DNA of 64,000 bases from Vicugna vicugna (taxonomy: Eukaryota): positions 5,462,508 to 5,526,507 of the forward strand of contig MU058584.1 in NCBI GenBank assembly GCA_013265495.1, in the 5' to 3' direction. Shown here in pieces: positions 24,311 to 37,693 of the stretch. Under the pieces are notes generated by a model. That model did no database searches, was not told the origin of the DNA, and saw only the letters and a list, made by a program, of their open reading frames with translations. Each line of letters starts with the position of its first letter. The first letter of the stretch is position 1. A program made the translations under genes and the position numbers.

Positions 24311-26064
24311 AAACTCATCTCATCCCTTTTTCGTCTTAGTTTTTCTCTCTTTACCTCTCTTTGGTCAGCTGATTACCCATAATAATTATCTTAAAAAAAA
24401 ACAATGAACAAAAACCCCTCTTGGTCATCAAACAGAAATCAAAAATTAAAAACGGCAAACACTGAGTTCTGCTTATTTATCTAGCCAACAAGTACTCCTT
24501 CCTAATATCTTGATTGATATTCAATAAACATTTAACATCACCACCACGTTCTCCTCATGTCCTCTAAAGCAGAATCACTCTCTCACAACCACACATATTA
24601 CTTATTTCTATTCTTCTTTCTCCCTGAGAAGATACAAAGTAGGTTCTGTTGATTTTCTTTACTGATGTCATCAATCTGCTCCTTTCCATTTCTAGAGCCC
24701 CTGCCTTTAATCGCTTCCAATTTAGTTTGCCCTAGTTGCATCAAAGAAGTAATTTAGTATACCCCAAATTAAACTACATATAAGGAATTCTTATCTCCTA
24801 CTACGCAGAATTCTAATTACACAGAATCCACAATTCTTCAGCCTGCTTTTAAAGCCATGCATCCCACACTCATCTCTACAGGTATCCTCACTTTATTTCC
24901 TCTAAGAAAATATATTTCATTGTGTTTCCAGGTATGCATTTCCCATTGAAGAGAAGCATATATTCTTGCTGTACACCACAGTTAATTTGCAAATTCCTTC
25001 ACTGTTACCTTTGTACATACTGTAGAGCTTTCCCTCTTCTTTGTGCCTTGATTCATCTTTAAAATCTGTTTACATCTCTCCTCCTCTAACAAAGATTCCT
25101 TAATTACTTTCAGGTCATATTAATCGTTCCTTTAATAAATAACCCTTCAACATTTGTATTTTACCTAACCTAACAATGTTTTAGTCCCTATTGGTAAGTT
25201 GCTCTGTGAGTGTTTGGAAAGATCTATATGTGTGCGTTTTTCGGTCGTTGAGAACAGGTGTACTGTTCTCCCCTGCAGGGCTTAATCTAGCAACATTCAC
25301 ACAACTTGGCTTCTTAATACATGCTGCTAATTTATTATCCTACTTTTAAAGGAACTCAACAAATGCTGTCTAAATTAAATTAAATTGAATTGGCTGTTCT
25401 CCGTCAGACTCTACAAGTGATAGTGAAATAAAAGAGTAAATTTAAATCATTGTTAGGGTTTAAAATCAGTAATACTTCCTATAATCCTACGCAGTTTATA
25501 ACGTTTGCGTGGAGCTTTTGCACATGTATTCAAACGTTACTTCTGCTTTTCAACCACCCCCCAACCCTACCCCACGACCCCCACCCCCATCAAACGTCCA
25601 TGTAAAGAAAACACAAAGCAAACTGAAAGGCACACTAGAGAACAGCTAAGTCCCACTGCTCACATTTATTTACATATCTGGTCTGAAGCTACCATATCAA
25701 CACTCCTCACCCTGAGAGCTTTATTTATGGCCTCCCTATGTCAAAGGGTAATTGATACTTCAGAGAATTTCTGCCACAGAGCTTAATAAATTTACTTACC
25801 TACATAGTTTAGCAAGAAGCAGCAACAAAAGAAAATGCCACAGTAAAGGTGGGTGCCCATTCTATCTTGTCACTAGGCTAAGATCTACTTTTTGGGGAAT
25901 ACTATGTAAGAAATAAATTATGTAAAAGGCTATTTTGAATAAAAATTTGTGTTTATTATATTCACTTTTGCATTTCTTTTAAAGAACAAACTAAAACTAT
26001 CAAAAACCTGTTATTTAGTTAATGGAGGAAACAAACTTGATTAATATTTTAAACAGTAACTTAC

Positions 26065-26166
26065 AGGATCAGCAGGGCCACAGAATTCTCGAAATGTCAT
26101 TGTAGAATTATTTTGTTGAATCTCCATTGCTACACAAGGGCCAGAATACATTTCTGTCACCATTTC
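26065..26166 (-). CDS. NME7: NME7 internal coding exon (exon 10 equivalent), 102 nt
   Basis: tattatag|GAAATGGTG...GATCCT|gtaagt. Translates EMVTEMYSGPCVAMEIQQNNSTMTFREFCGPADP with the NDK motifs SGP and GPADP. I did not find the next exon (EIARHLRP...) in the window. Confidence 0.97.
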
Positions 26167-26561
26167 CTATAATATTTAATATAAAATAATATTAACAAAT
26201 TAGTAGAATTTAATAATCTTTAAGTCCTCCTCTTAATTGCATCAGTATTCCACTAAACTCAAAATGTTAAAGTTATCTTTTTCTCCACCCATATGCTTCA
26301 TGCCAAGCAGTTTCCACATTTTGTCCATTTTTCCTGCAAAAACATATTTTAGATATGTTCCCTTGTCTCCATTCGTACCACTACCACTTTTAATTTAATG
26401 CTTTACCACTTGACAATTTCACTATTTAAAATTACGTTCCAGTACATCTTCTTTTCAAAAAGCTCTCTCTCTCCCCTTGAACATAGTTCTGTCAAATGAA
26501 CGTTTCTAAAGGTATAAATTCCAAAGTGTTTCTCCCAAAGAAACTTATAAAAATCATAATG

Positions 26562-28352
26562 AGTTCCAGCAATGAGGAATAACAGGAACCGGATTTATTC
26601 TCTCACATTAAACATCTAGAAACTAGAAACAATATATGTGAAACAACAGTTTTCAGACGCTGGATGACAGCACAGTACTATGGTCCCCAAGAGAAGGAAA
26701 ACAAATGAGATAAGCTGTATACTTGCCCCCATCTTACTGCCTGAAGGCTTCCAGACAGGTGGACAGGTAGAAGGAACACAGAAGGGCCCAACATTCTCAC
26801 TGAGTAGAAGAGACAAAGCCTGGGGCTTAGGAAGGCCAATGAGGCTAGAACTGTAGGCGAGAAGGAGAGGAGGTCGGAGAGCTATAGGAGAGTAAGCTAC
26901 AGGGATCTGAGAGACATTCACTTGAGTTTTTGACTAAGAGTCTGTGTATGTGTAGAGGATACTACCCAAGACTCAGAAAATAACTACCAGAAAGCAGTAA
27001 ATAAAACAATTCACAAAGATAGCATAAGGCTAAAAGAGTTTGAGCTTCTATCAGCCAGAGTGGAAAGCTCTCATACAATGCACAGGGAATCAAGTGGTCC
27101 TCAGAAAGGTGCTGCACCATAGAAACTGGCCTAAGCTAGCCTTAGATAAGGAACGCTCTGTACTCAGCCTATAAAAGCTTAAAAGTAAGTCTCAAAAGGA
27201 GCAAATTGATCCTACGTAACTTGGCTAAGTGCCAGAACAAAGTCATCAAAAAGTCTACAAATAACAAATGTTGGCGAGGATATGGAGAAAAGGGAACCCT
27301 AGTATACTGTTAGTGAGAATGTAAATTGGTACAGCCACTATGGAAGACAGTATGGAGGTTCCTCAAAAAGCTAAAAATAGAGCTACCATATGATCCAGCA
27401 ATTCCACTGCTGGGTATATATCTGAAGAAAATGAAAACCAGAATTCAAAAAGATACATGCACTCCATAGCAGCATTATTTTCAACAGCCAAGATATGGAA
27501 GCAATCTAAGTGTCCAACAACAGATGAATGGATAAAGAAGATGTGGTATATACATACAACAGAATACTGCTCAGTCATAATAAAGAATGAAATCCTGCCA
27601 TTTGCAGCAATGAAGATGGACTTACTTAAAGGGTATTATGCTTAGTGAAATTAGTCAGAAACAGAAAGACAAATACTCTGTTATCACTTATATGTGGAAT
27701 CTAAAAAATAAAACAAACAAACGTATATAACAAAACAGAAACATACTCAGAACAAACCAGTGGTTACCTGTGGGGAGAGGGATAGGGGTAGAGACAAGAT
27801 AGGGGTAGAGGAATAAGAGATGGAAAGTACTACACATAAAACAAATAAGCAACAAGGATATATTGTACAGCACAGGGAAATATAGCCATTATTTTGTAAT
27901 AATGGAGTGTAATCTACAAAATTATTTAATCACTGTACTGTACATCTGAAACTAATATAATATTGTAAATCAACTATCTCTCAACCTTTTTTAAAAAAGG
28001 ACTTTTTCAGAGAAACAAAATCTGAGGGAATTCACTACCACCAGCCCTATGCCATAGGAAATGTTAAAGTTCTTCAGACAGAAGAAAAATAATGCCAGAC
28101 AAAAATACAGATTTACACAAAACAATAATAAACATGTGGGTAAGTATAAAACTATTTCACAGCAACTAAAAAAGAAAAATGTAATTGATTATTTAAAGCA
28201 AAAATATTAAAAATGTATTGTAAAGTTTATTTTATATATTATATACATATATATATAGTTGTAAAATGTATGATAACAGCACAGAATAAGAGGGGAGAAA
28301 TGCAAGTATACTGTTTTAAGGTCCTTAACTCTCTATGTGAAGTGGTACAATG
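26562..28352 (+). mobile_element. Old L1M 5'UTR/ORF1 remnant interrupted by a younger L1
   Basis: L1M-like 5' region (gaaacaacagttttcagacgctgga). ORF1-end and inter-ORF sequence (gagggaattcactaccaccag...aaatgttaaagttcttcag) resumes after 27999. Confidence 0.65.
27243..27998 (+). mobile_element. 5'-truncated L1 (ORF2 C-terminus plus 3'UTR)
   Basis: ORF 27457-27645 [34 protein letters not shown] is the L1 ORF2 C-terminus. Ends tgtaaatcaactat plus A-tail. Confidence 0.92.
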
Positions 28353-29534
28353 AAAAACACAGTCAAAGAAAAGTGCCTTTCACAGTGTCTGAAACATTCG
28401 GTGAATGGAACACTTCGGGGAGAAGGGAAAATAAATACAAAGAGCTGGAGGAAGAAGTGCAGTTGAGGTGTATGGAGATCAGTACTGAAGTCATGCTATC
28501 AGGAGCTGACTGAGACCACAGGAAAGCAGTTAAGAGATGATGTAGGGCCATGTAAGCCATTTCAATGACTCTGGAGGGTTTATAACACACAAGGACAAAG
28601 TAAATTAAAATAAAGGTAATTTATTACAGAACAATACTTAAATTCAATTTCTAACTCAGTCATCACACCTACTAGAAATGCCAGAAGTTAAAAAGAGGAG
28701 GGAGAGGACTTCATAATTAATACGATACAGAGAATCCTACTCATTAAAATCCCTAAATGCATGTCCCTGAAGTCACTTCACTATTTCACAGAGGTCAGGT
28801 GAAATTGACTTTTATGGATAACTATGTTGAGTCAGATTTTCTGTGCCATGATATTGAAGTATTGCCTACGTATAAACGTCAGGAGCCAAGTTCTCAGTGG
28901 GGCAGAAGGTGGCATGAGCATATTATCCAAAAAGAGAAGAGTGAATTTTGATTGCCTTTCTTTCATTTATGTATTTCTCTCTGTGTTAATAACAAATGCC
29001 ATTCAAATTATAAACAGAGGGCTGCACAAAATGCACAAAAAGGGAAGAAAAATGTTGAAAAAAGAATTCCATCAGAGGCATAAAGTGTTCCTTAAAAATA
29101 GACTCAACAGAATTCTCAAGTCACCTAGGTTTTTACTTAAGTAAAATATTGTCAAAACAAAAAGGCACTTGTTTCCTTCCTAAATGGCCCTTTGACTGCT
29201 GTCCTAAGGTAGTTGTGATGGCACGCTTGATTTAGTATCTATCCTCACCAGAACATAAGCTCCATGAATGCGAGAGTGTGCTTTTTCTGTTCATTTCTGT
29301 CTCCCTGGTATCCAAGACGCTGTCTGACCAAGGTACTCAATGTATGTATGGTAAAAAAATTGGATCATGATAATGCTATGTGATAGGAAATTTTTACCTT
29401 CTGATGATTGCAAATGGTGAAGCAGCAAATTTAAGTGTAAATGATCAAGATGGAATCTACTAGAAACCATCAAGACAAAATCTACTATAAAGAATTATGT
29501 TATATATAACAATAATAAGAAGAACAACAACAAT

Positions 29535-29730
29535 AGCTATTATGTATTGAGTACTTTCAGTATGCGAGACTGCTTTACATGATTTATTTCACTTAATGAC
29601 CACAACAATCTCATAAAGCCATAGTATTTTTCCATTTTATATATGGGTAAATGCAGGCTTAAAGAAGGTAAATAACTTCCACGGTCACACACTGGTGGGT
29701 TGGGGATCTGAACCCAGAATCTGACTTCAC
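29535..29730 (-). mobile_element. MIR SINE
   Basis: tattgagtactttc...ttccattttatatatgggtaaatgcaggcttaaaga...ggtcacacactgg...tgaacccagaatctgact. Confidence 0.8.
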
Positions 29731-32467
29731 AAACAAAAAAGGGAAGGAAATTGTAAGCTGGTTGCAATGCATTTTGGGAGACAGGAAAACTCTACCATTT
29801 GAAGCAAATAATGTGGGCAAACCTGGAACTAGAGTAGAATTGTAATACAGGATCTGGTACAACAGTGTCAGTGAAGCTGCACCATTTCACACTACACATT
29901 CTACAGTCACTTCACATCCTGACAGCAAGACACCTTCAAGTTCTGAATAATAAAATGGATGGAACCACTAATATGACCTTATATATATTATCATTTCTTT
30001 CATAAATAAGAATCAAAGAGGGTAAAGTGTTGTACTGAGAGCCAGACTAAGCATTAGATCACCTGTTCTTGTCCCTTTAGACCATGTTGCCTCTTGAGAT
30101 TATTTTCACAGGGACTACTGTATAGAATTATATAAAGCCCCTAGAATTGAGAGGCATCTAATGGTAGGCAGCATTTAAAAATGTTATCTCCTCCTTGAAC
30201 ATAAAACTCAAGTCCTGAATATTAATTGTCATGAGAAATAAGAGGACCAGCAGCAAATACAACCACAACAGCAAGTGAGACCCAAGATTTGCTATATCTG
30301 GTTCTTGCTACCCCAAATTACCCAACGAAAGATATCACATACACAGACATTTGCATGAATACAGACCATCAGTCAGAATCATGAGAAGAGAACTTTAAAA
30401 GAATCAAACATTATATACCATAAGAATATTCTTTACTTCAGCAAAATATTACTGGGATAAAAACACTCTTCCTCCTCTTTGGGGAAAATTTCCAAGAAAA
30501 TTGTCTTTTTAGGGGGCTTAAGTAAAATTTTATGTCATATAAATACAGTATCATCTCATAAAGATACCTGGATGTTGATATATTCTGGTTTATATATACA
30601 GTGCATTCTCCCATTAACAGACAGCTACAAACCAATAATACTTTGAAACATTGTTTTAAGCTGAGTAAGTCACTTGAAGCTGAATAAAAAATCATATGCA
30701 TTACTAAAAATTACTCATGAGACTAATTACTCTGAAGTAAGATAGTTTTTTTCCCTCCCAGTCTATCTGTTCTTTATCCTGAGTAGGTTCTTTTACTACA
30801 ATTATAAGATTTAAATAGTAGTTATAGAGAATATCTTACTGAGATGATTAAACAGAAGCAAGAACATCAGTACCAATCATTCTGGGCTGTCCTGACATTA
30901 AAGTATGATACTGCTACTGTCATTCAAATTCTCGGTATCTTAGAGGAAATGACACATCTACCCAGTGATATTTTTATCTTTACCTCCAGAATCCCAAGAT
31001 CAAAAAAATCCTGACAGACATTAAAAAGTGCATGTATAGTATTCTGAAAGCATACTATAGGAGACATTAAAAGTCAGAAATAGAATATTGTATACGTGAA
31101 ATTTATGTTATAAACCAATGTTACCTCAATAAAAAATAACCGGAAAAAAAGATGAAGTTTTTTCCTTAAGTTATTTTCCAAAGGGAAATATGGCCCCCTC
31201 AGATATGTACATAAAACATTAGCACTCAACTACCATTTGTTACCAAATTCAACACTACCTGACATAGTATGAGAATATAACTGAGGATCAAGGCTACTGT
31301 GGGATAGGTCACCATCAGTCTCTTTATCTTACATACAATAAAACTAAGATAATGTGCGTTAACAAAGGTAGTTACTTTCAACCATATTTTTGTTAAAGTC
31401 AACCGAACAAATAAAAGAAGGAAAATGTGTAAAAGAAAAATTTAGGAAATGAAAAATAGTTGTCACTGGTTGAATAAATGATGTTAAGATAAGAACACAT
31501 TTTAAAATTTCTTCCATTTAATAAAAGAAAAGGCATAAAAATGAAGCCTCTTCTAAAACAAAGAGGCTGATGAGATTTAAGTTCCATAAGCTATAACAAA
31601 AACAAAAACACTCCAGTTCCTCTAAACTAGGGTGGAACACTACCAGTATGTCAAATGCAAAATATATTATTTTGTTATCGGTCTTTACTATGTAGGGCTA
31701 GATAACACAAAGGCTCAGGCCAGTTCCTGGACCTGCGCATTTTTCCTTGGTTAAAGTAGGTTGAAAGGAAAGGGAATAGAGAAGCGAGGAGAGAGGAATC
31801 TATTCTCACTGTCAGGAATAGTGAATTTTATGCAAAAAGAAAAGCCAAAACTCTCTACAAAACAACATGGGTGATGAGACAGGCCACCAGCACAAATGTA
31901 TCTAATTTGATAAAAGGGGAAAGAAATTAATTTAGATTAAATATCTATTATGTGTTATTTTAAGGGACAATATTTGACTTATTTGAATATACTCTTGTTT
32001 TCAAGAATGCATTTCACTGCCCTCCAAACAACTCCCTTTAACTCATTATTTCTTCAGTCTCAGTCACATTTTCAGATGATTCTATCTGCATTTGTATCAT
32101 TACAGTAGACATTAGGTACAGCTGTGAAGTTATCATGTTAAGAACCATTGCATTTTGGACAGTCTTGTTCCCTAAGAATATTACAATCTTCATAGATAAT
32201 ATCAAAATGTGTCAATATCTCAGCAAAGTGTTTTTTTTGGATTCCTATATATTTTTGTTTCAAAATGAAATAATATATTTCTCAAACTGATCCAGTGGCT
32301 CTGAGCACTAGGATGCCTCAGTTATTGGTATGATCAGCTGGCAATCAGCAGAATCACGACCACTTTAAGAAATATTTTAATGATTATAAATAATGCTGAG
32401 ATCTACAAGACCAGAGAGACACAAGTCATTTTCACTACCAATGCTTTACATTTATTTCAGTACTTAC

Positions 32468-32536
32468 ATTATACTCAGACACTACTCCTTTATAAACTTC
32501 ATAAAACTCTTCAACATTAACCCGATCCATGTTGAA
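32468..32536 (-). CDS. NME7: NME7 internal coding exon (exon 9 equivalent), 69 nt
   Basis: ttttttaatgtag|TTCAACATG...TATAAT|gtaagt. Translates FNMDRVNVEEFYEVYKGVVSEYN. Confidence 0.97.
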
Positions 32537-32739
32537 CTACATTAAAAAACAAAAACAAAACATAAGCCAATCAACCAAACAGAAAGGGCCACACTTAGCA
32601 CTCAACATTTATGATCTCTTAGATATATTTTCTTTACTTTAAAAATGTCAACCTTTAATAAATTAAATACTCTTTGAAGAAAAAGTGTTAAAGGTCAGCT
32701 CATCAATAATAAATATCATTTTTAATCAAAAATAAAAAC

Positions 32740-32952
32740 ATATAACATTTATTGAGTACTTAATGTATCAAGCATTGTTCCAAGTCCTGTACATGCATCA
32801 TCTCACTTAATTGTCACAACAACCTTACAACATAAGTTGTGTTAATAACCCTGACTTACAGATGAGGTGAAGACTCAGAGGGGTTATGTGACCTTCACCG
32901 CTTGGCTGAAGCACTCTGATCCCACCAATCATGCTCTTAACCACTATACTCT
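32740..32952 (-). mobile_element. MIR SINE
   Basis: aacatttattgagtacttaatgt...cacaacaacc...ttacagatgagg...actcagaggggtta...atgctcttaaccactat. Confidence 0.85.
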
Positions 32953-33549
32953 ACGTCGCTGAATAAAGCCTCATTTTTCATACAAAAAGACTTATATGCA
33001 ACGTAATGATGTTTATTGATAGATTAGTGGCACAAGAAAGAAATATTACTAAAGAAAAGTACTACAGATTCTGTAGAGGGAGCTGGAAATACTACCTTTT
33101 CCCTCGCAAACCTTCAGAAAAATCCCTAGTTAGTCTGGTTCATAATAAACACTTCTATCCGGAAATCCTACTACTTTCCAAAAGGAATCATCAGAGTACG
33201 CTTATAAGATTAACCTACAAAGACTCATTCTTCTCCAGGCTGGATTCAAACTTAGTTAGAAATAAAGTTTCATTAAGTTTGAGAGTCTCAAGAACCAAAA
33301 CCTTGCATTTAAAAAAAATAGCCTCACTGTCCAATTTTCGTTTTCTCCCTACTTTGCTTCTTTGCCTGTTGCCAGGATTGAAGACCACTGAGAAGTTTCT
33401 GCCTACCCAGACAGTAGTTCAGACCAGGAGGACTTGTCTTCATAGGCAACATACCTATTACAGAGAGGGAAGTTTGTTTGATTTCAGTATCTTGTTCAAT
33501 ACCCATACAACTTGTATTATTAACACAACAAAATAATAATGGAAGATAG

Positions 33550-33800
33550 AATTTATTAAGTGCTTAGTAACTTGCACTGGAAATTCTACAAGGTATTGAA
33601 TAGGGTTATCTTATTTAATCCACAAAATAATCCATTGAGGCAAACAATAATATTCTCATTGCCTAACTGGGAAAACTGAAGATAAGGATGCTTAAAATCT
33701 GGCTAAATTCACACACCCAGAAAGCAGAAGACCCAAGATTCAGAAATCGCTTTCTGACTCCAAAAATCACAATGACTCTGACTGCCACTAAATTACCATG
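33550..33800 (-). mobile_element. MIR SINE
   Basis: atttattaagtgctta...atcttatttaatccacaaaataatcc...gaaaactgaag...tctgactccaaa. Confidence 0.7.
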
Positions 33801-34760
33801 CCTCCCTCATACGGTCAATTAATCCTTTTAAAAATTATTCTTGTTTTAAATGAGCACCTACTATGGGCAATCACTATGCTAGGTTGTAGATTTGGAGTTT
33901 GAGCAATGTTTACATCTAAAATTTCCTCAATGATTACTACTGAAGGAGTCTTACAACCTATAACCCTGTGAATACATCACCAGGCTAATACTCTGAGAAC
34001 CTTTTGGCTAACAATTTCTTTATAGTCCCAGGGGAGAGTCTTCAACTATCAACCTCCTCATCAGCCTCTAAGTTGTGCCTGATGACTCTGCAAACTAGCT
34101 GATTATTTCTGACCTTTTTTCAACTTACTGGCATTCCCACCAATCAAGGACACAAAATAGGCAGAACCCAAATTAGTGCCCTGACTTCTGATTTGGAGTG
34201 ATCGTAAGACTTCATAGAAATCAAAAGCAGTTCCTTTCTCAGAAAAAGAGCAAATGAACTATATTGGTAAGAAAACTGTCATTTCACTATAACACTGGCA
34301 TAAACTTGCTGGTCTTCAAACATTGTAAAACCCAAATTATTTACCTGATTCCTGTAATAATTTGTATCTAATTTCTTGTCAAATGTACTGGTAAAACAGC
34401 ACAAAGGTACGAGCTCTATAGAAGTTAATGTTTCTTCAGTGAAAAATTTCCTAGAAATGTACCAGCAGGGCAATTCAGAATGGTTATGGGCTCTGGAGGA
34501 CCACTGGTGGGACTGCCAGCAGAGGAGCTGGAATGTGCTAACTCCAAGACGGCCCGAGGGGAAGTCCAGAACCCAGCAAAAGGCCCAAGTCAGGGGAAAA
34601 CTCAACTGATTCTCTTCCTTCATTCCTTCTTAGTCACAAATCCAGACAAAAGAAAACTCATTATAACTATTTAGCTTAATTCTTTTTTTTTTCTCACTTG
34701 GAACAACTAAAGCCACTGTATCTTGAAACTAAAGTTCCAGGAATTATATAAACCCACTTG

Positions 34761-34846
34761 ATTTATTTTTTAACGGAGGTACTGGGGATTGAACCCAGAA
34801 CCTCGTGCATGCTAAGCACACACTCTACCACTGAGGTATTTCCCTC
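34761..34846 (-). mobile_element. tRNA-Ala-derived (vic-1-like) SINE
   Basis: ggaggtactggggattgaacccagaacctcgtgcatgctaagcacacactctaccactgag. Confidence 0.9.
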
Positions 34847-35096
34847 TGTATCCAAACCTACCTTATATACTTAAATTAGATGCACCATTGGCATATCAGT
34901 TCTGTTAGTGAAAGATTACATGGGTAAAATCATTTCAAAGACATTCTGACTTTGAGGTTATCAAGCTCAGTAAACCTATCCTTTTATGTTAATGCATTGA
35001 GTTCACAAGTGTACGGAGAAAATTCAGTGTAAAACACTTTAAAACGTATTTCAAAAAAAATCCTCAATAAATTATGACTCATTGCAAACTACCTAC

Positions 35097-35161
35097 CATC
35101 TGCATAGCAGAGATTTCAAAACCCGCATCTCGGATGGCCATCACGATCTTTCCCAGCAGTC
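35097..35161 (-). CDS. NME7: NME7 internal coding exon (exon 8 equivalent), 65 nt
   Basis: ttctgtttttcaaaag|GACTGCTG...CAGATG|gtaggt. Completes the split Gly codon and gives GLLGKIVMAIRDAGFEISAMQM. Phase 1 to 0, matching the previous exon. Confidence 0.97.
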
Positions 35162-35911
35162 CTTTTGAAAAACAGAATAAATGAATACAAAAAATACAGA
35201 ACGTCCAAGGTATTTTAGTTCTAGAGAAATGCAAATTTGCCACATCAAAGTACTTTGATTACACTCTATATAAAGAAATTCCAAGTTTCTGCAAGGGAAA
35301 CCAAATCCTTAACACTGAGCATTTCATGTGATCACGTGGTTCACTTATTAAGTGCTGCAGGAATATCAATGATTCTCAAGATTACGCAAAAAACTTCTAA
35401 GATACTGTTTTGCTTTTAAGGCCCCTTAAGTCTAGTAATGTAAAGAACATGAAAATCAAACAATTAAAATTGATATTACAAAAAAATGAAATGCCAAGTA
35501 CCAGATACAGAAGGAGTTCAAAGTAGGCGTCCAAAGGAAGAGAAGTATCAAATTATCACTGAAGAGGCAGACAGATGCTTCACGGGGAAATGAGAGCATG
35601 AACTGGCTCTTAAAGGCTACTGATAGATGGGATTATATAGAGACAGAGCTATAAGAGGCAAGAAGGCACAAACCTGGGAAAATGTGAGTATGCACACACA
35701 ACAGTAAGAAATTAAAAAAAAAATTGCAAAAAAGGAAGGACATTCAATCCAAATTGATGAAGGCCAGTCATGAGGAATTTGTTTTCTATGCCATGGATAA
35801 GCAATTTTTATAGAGAGGTTTGTAGACTCTGAAGATCTAGAACTGATTTTGTTATTCCACTAGTTTTCTATACAAGTTTTCTAAGTTTCTTTTTTTCAAG
35901 TCAGCTAAAAT

Positions 35912-35971
35912 TCCCTCTCTCCCTCCTTCCCTCTCTCTCTCTCTCACACACACAAATACACACACATACAC
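35912..35971. repeat. Compound (CT)n(CA)n microsatellite, imperfect
   Basis: ccctctctccctccttccctctctctctctctcacacacacaaatacacacacatacac. Confidence 0.85.
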
Positions 35972-36519
35972 TCCATATTCTGAATCATCTTAATGCTCAC
36001 CTAATAACTCAAAATCAACCAAGTAGTTATCAGTGCTTGAATGTGCATTTTTATTTACTATCTTACTGCAGCCAAATAGGCTATTTTAATTATAGCAGGC
36101 TAAGGGATGAAAAAAAAGATAATAGATCTACTTTTCAAAAGATACATTTGTATCAAGTGAAGGCCAAATGCTATCATAACATGCTGTAGAAACAAAGATT
36201 TCTCAGAAGTCAAGAGTAGAAGAGACCCATGCAAAACTCACAGCACTCAGTACCATGTTCATAAAGAACTTGCTGATTCAGTTTTGGCAAACATCCTTTG
36301 TCACATGAAGGTTAACTTAAATTTCATCCATTTTATAGTTTTGTTTGCAATGGATTTGTAACCTGTTTTAGTTAATACAGTTGTAGGTGCAAAAGTTTAT
36401 ATTTAGTTTTATATTTGGACATATTTAAGTTACATTATAATTAAAATAACTTACATCAACACTGGGAAGCCATTAGCAAATTTTTCCTTCAAAATATACA
36501 CTGCCAAAAGAAATGAATC

Positions 36520-37400
36520 ACTGAAAATCTTGAACAGGAGAATACAGGATAAATGTAGTATTTTAGGAAAATCACTAATGTAATAGTGATGGGCACGCTC
36601 GTCTAAAGAAAGGAACAAGGGATAGAAAGAATATCAAAAGCTGTTGAAATCATCTAGCATGCTCTCTGGACTTGGAGGCTAGTAGTAGAGAAAGAATGAA
36701 TGAATGAATATAGGATATTTCTAAACAAGAAATAACAGGATTAAACTGGACATAGAGTATGAAGATGAAGGAATAAAGGTTTTGAGTCTATTGACTAGAA
36801 GGATGATAGCACTTTTAAAAGAAAATAAGTTATGATACCAAATAAAGAAAAAAGACACTGAATTATCTTGGATATAGAATTTTACAGCAGAACATTGACC
36901 AGCATTTGAGAAGACAGTACATCCAAAGACTAAAAAAGAAAAAAAAACCAAACAAACAAAAAAATCAAGGAATGGATAAATAAACTCCCTGTATGAAACT
37001 GGTGATGTGGAGTTGTACTCCAACAGATAGATTTAATGAGGGGTACACTTCACTTAGAGCTGAAGTGATGAGACCAGATGACTACCTGTTTCACAAAAAG
37101 AAGGGCAAAAGCAAAGAGCGCTGGGAGAAGTGAGTTGAGAAACTGTCTAGAGTTTGGGGATTGAAGAATGAAAGTGAATAAGGATATGTAAAAGGAGATT
37201 TGCAAGAGAATGGAAGAAAACTTTTACAGTAGTATCACAATATCAAATTGAGAGGGAAATTCTTGGAATACAGTGGTAGTTGAGAATTAAAGGAGATTAA
37301 CACCCTGGAAACTAAGATAAAGCCTTTGGCTTAAGCAAGATGGTATGTTGATAATAAAGAAAGTTGTATCAGCAGAGTATTAGGAAAGAGAAGCTAGCTA
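36520..37400 (-). mobile_element. Long degraded L2 fragment
   Basis: Purine-rich stretch with tgtagtattttaggaaaatcact, agctgttgaaatcatctagc, gtagtatcacaa. Confidence 0.6.
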
Positions 37401-37693
37401 ACCTATTACTAATATGTACCAAACACTCAGATGGCACTGGACATAACCAAAATTTCAGGTATTTTTATCAATAGAAAAAATACAACCAAAAATTAGGAAA
37501 GAAGAAAGAAAATTAATAATTATTAGGGGCTGAGCTCTTTCATATGAGTTATTCGATTTAATCCTTAAAGCAATACACTACAACAGGGGCTACTATCCCA
37601 CTATAAAATGAGAATACATTAAGATTTGGAGAAGACAATTTATTTAACGTCACAAAATCAGTGGGTCTCCAAATCTCACTGTGTTTCTGCAAG

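Noticed and set aside
1..26064. Expected NME7 exon 11 (EIARHLRPGTLRAIFG...)
   Set aside because: Not found by eye. It presumably lies beyond the left edge because this intron is long, so gene truncation is not inferred.
29362..29410. C/D-box-like ATGATAA...CTGA with short terminal stem
   Set aside because: Too short, the C box is imperfect, and it is on the strand opposite the host transcript.
33006..33536. 176-aa plus-strand ORF in intron 8
   Set aside because: No recognisable domain, AT-rich composition, antisense to NME7 and wedged between two MIRs. Most likely a chance ORF; no database search was possible.
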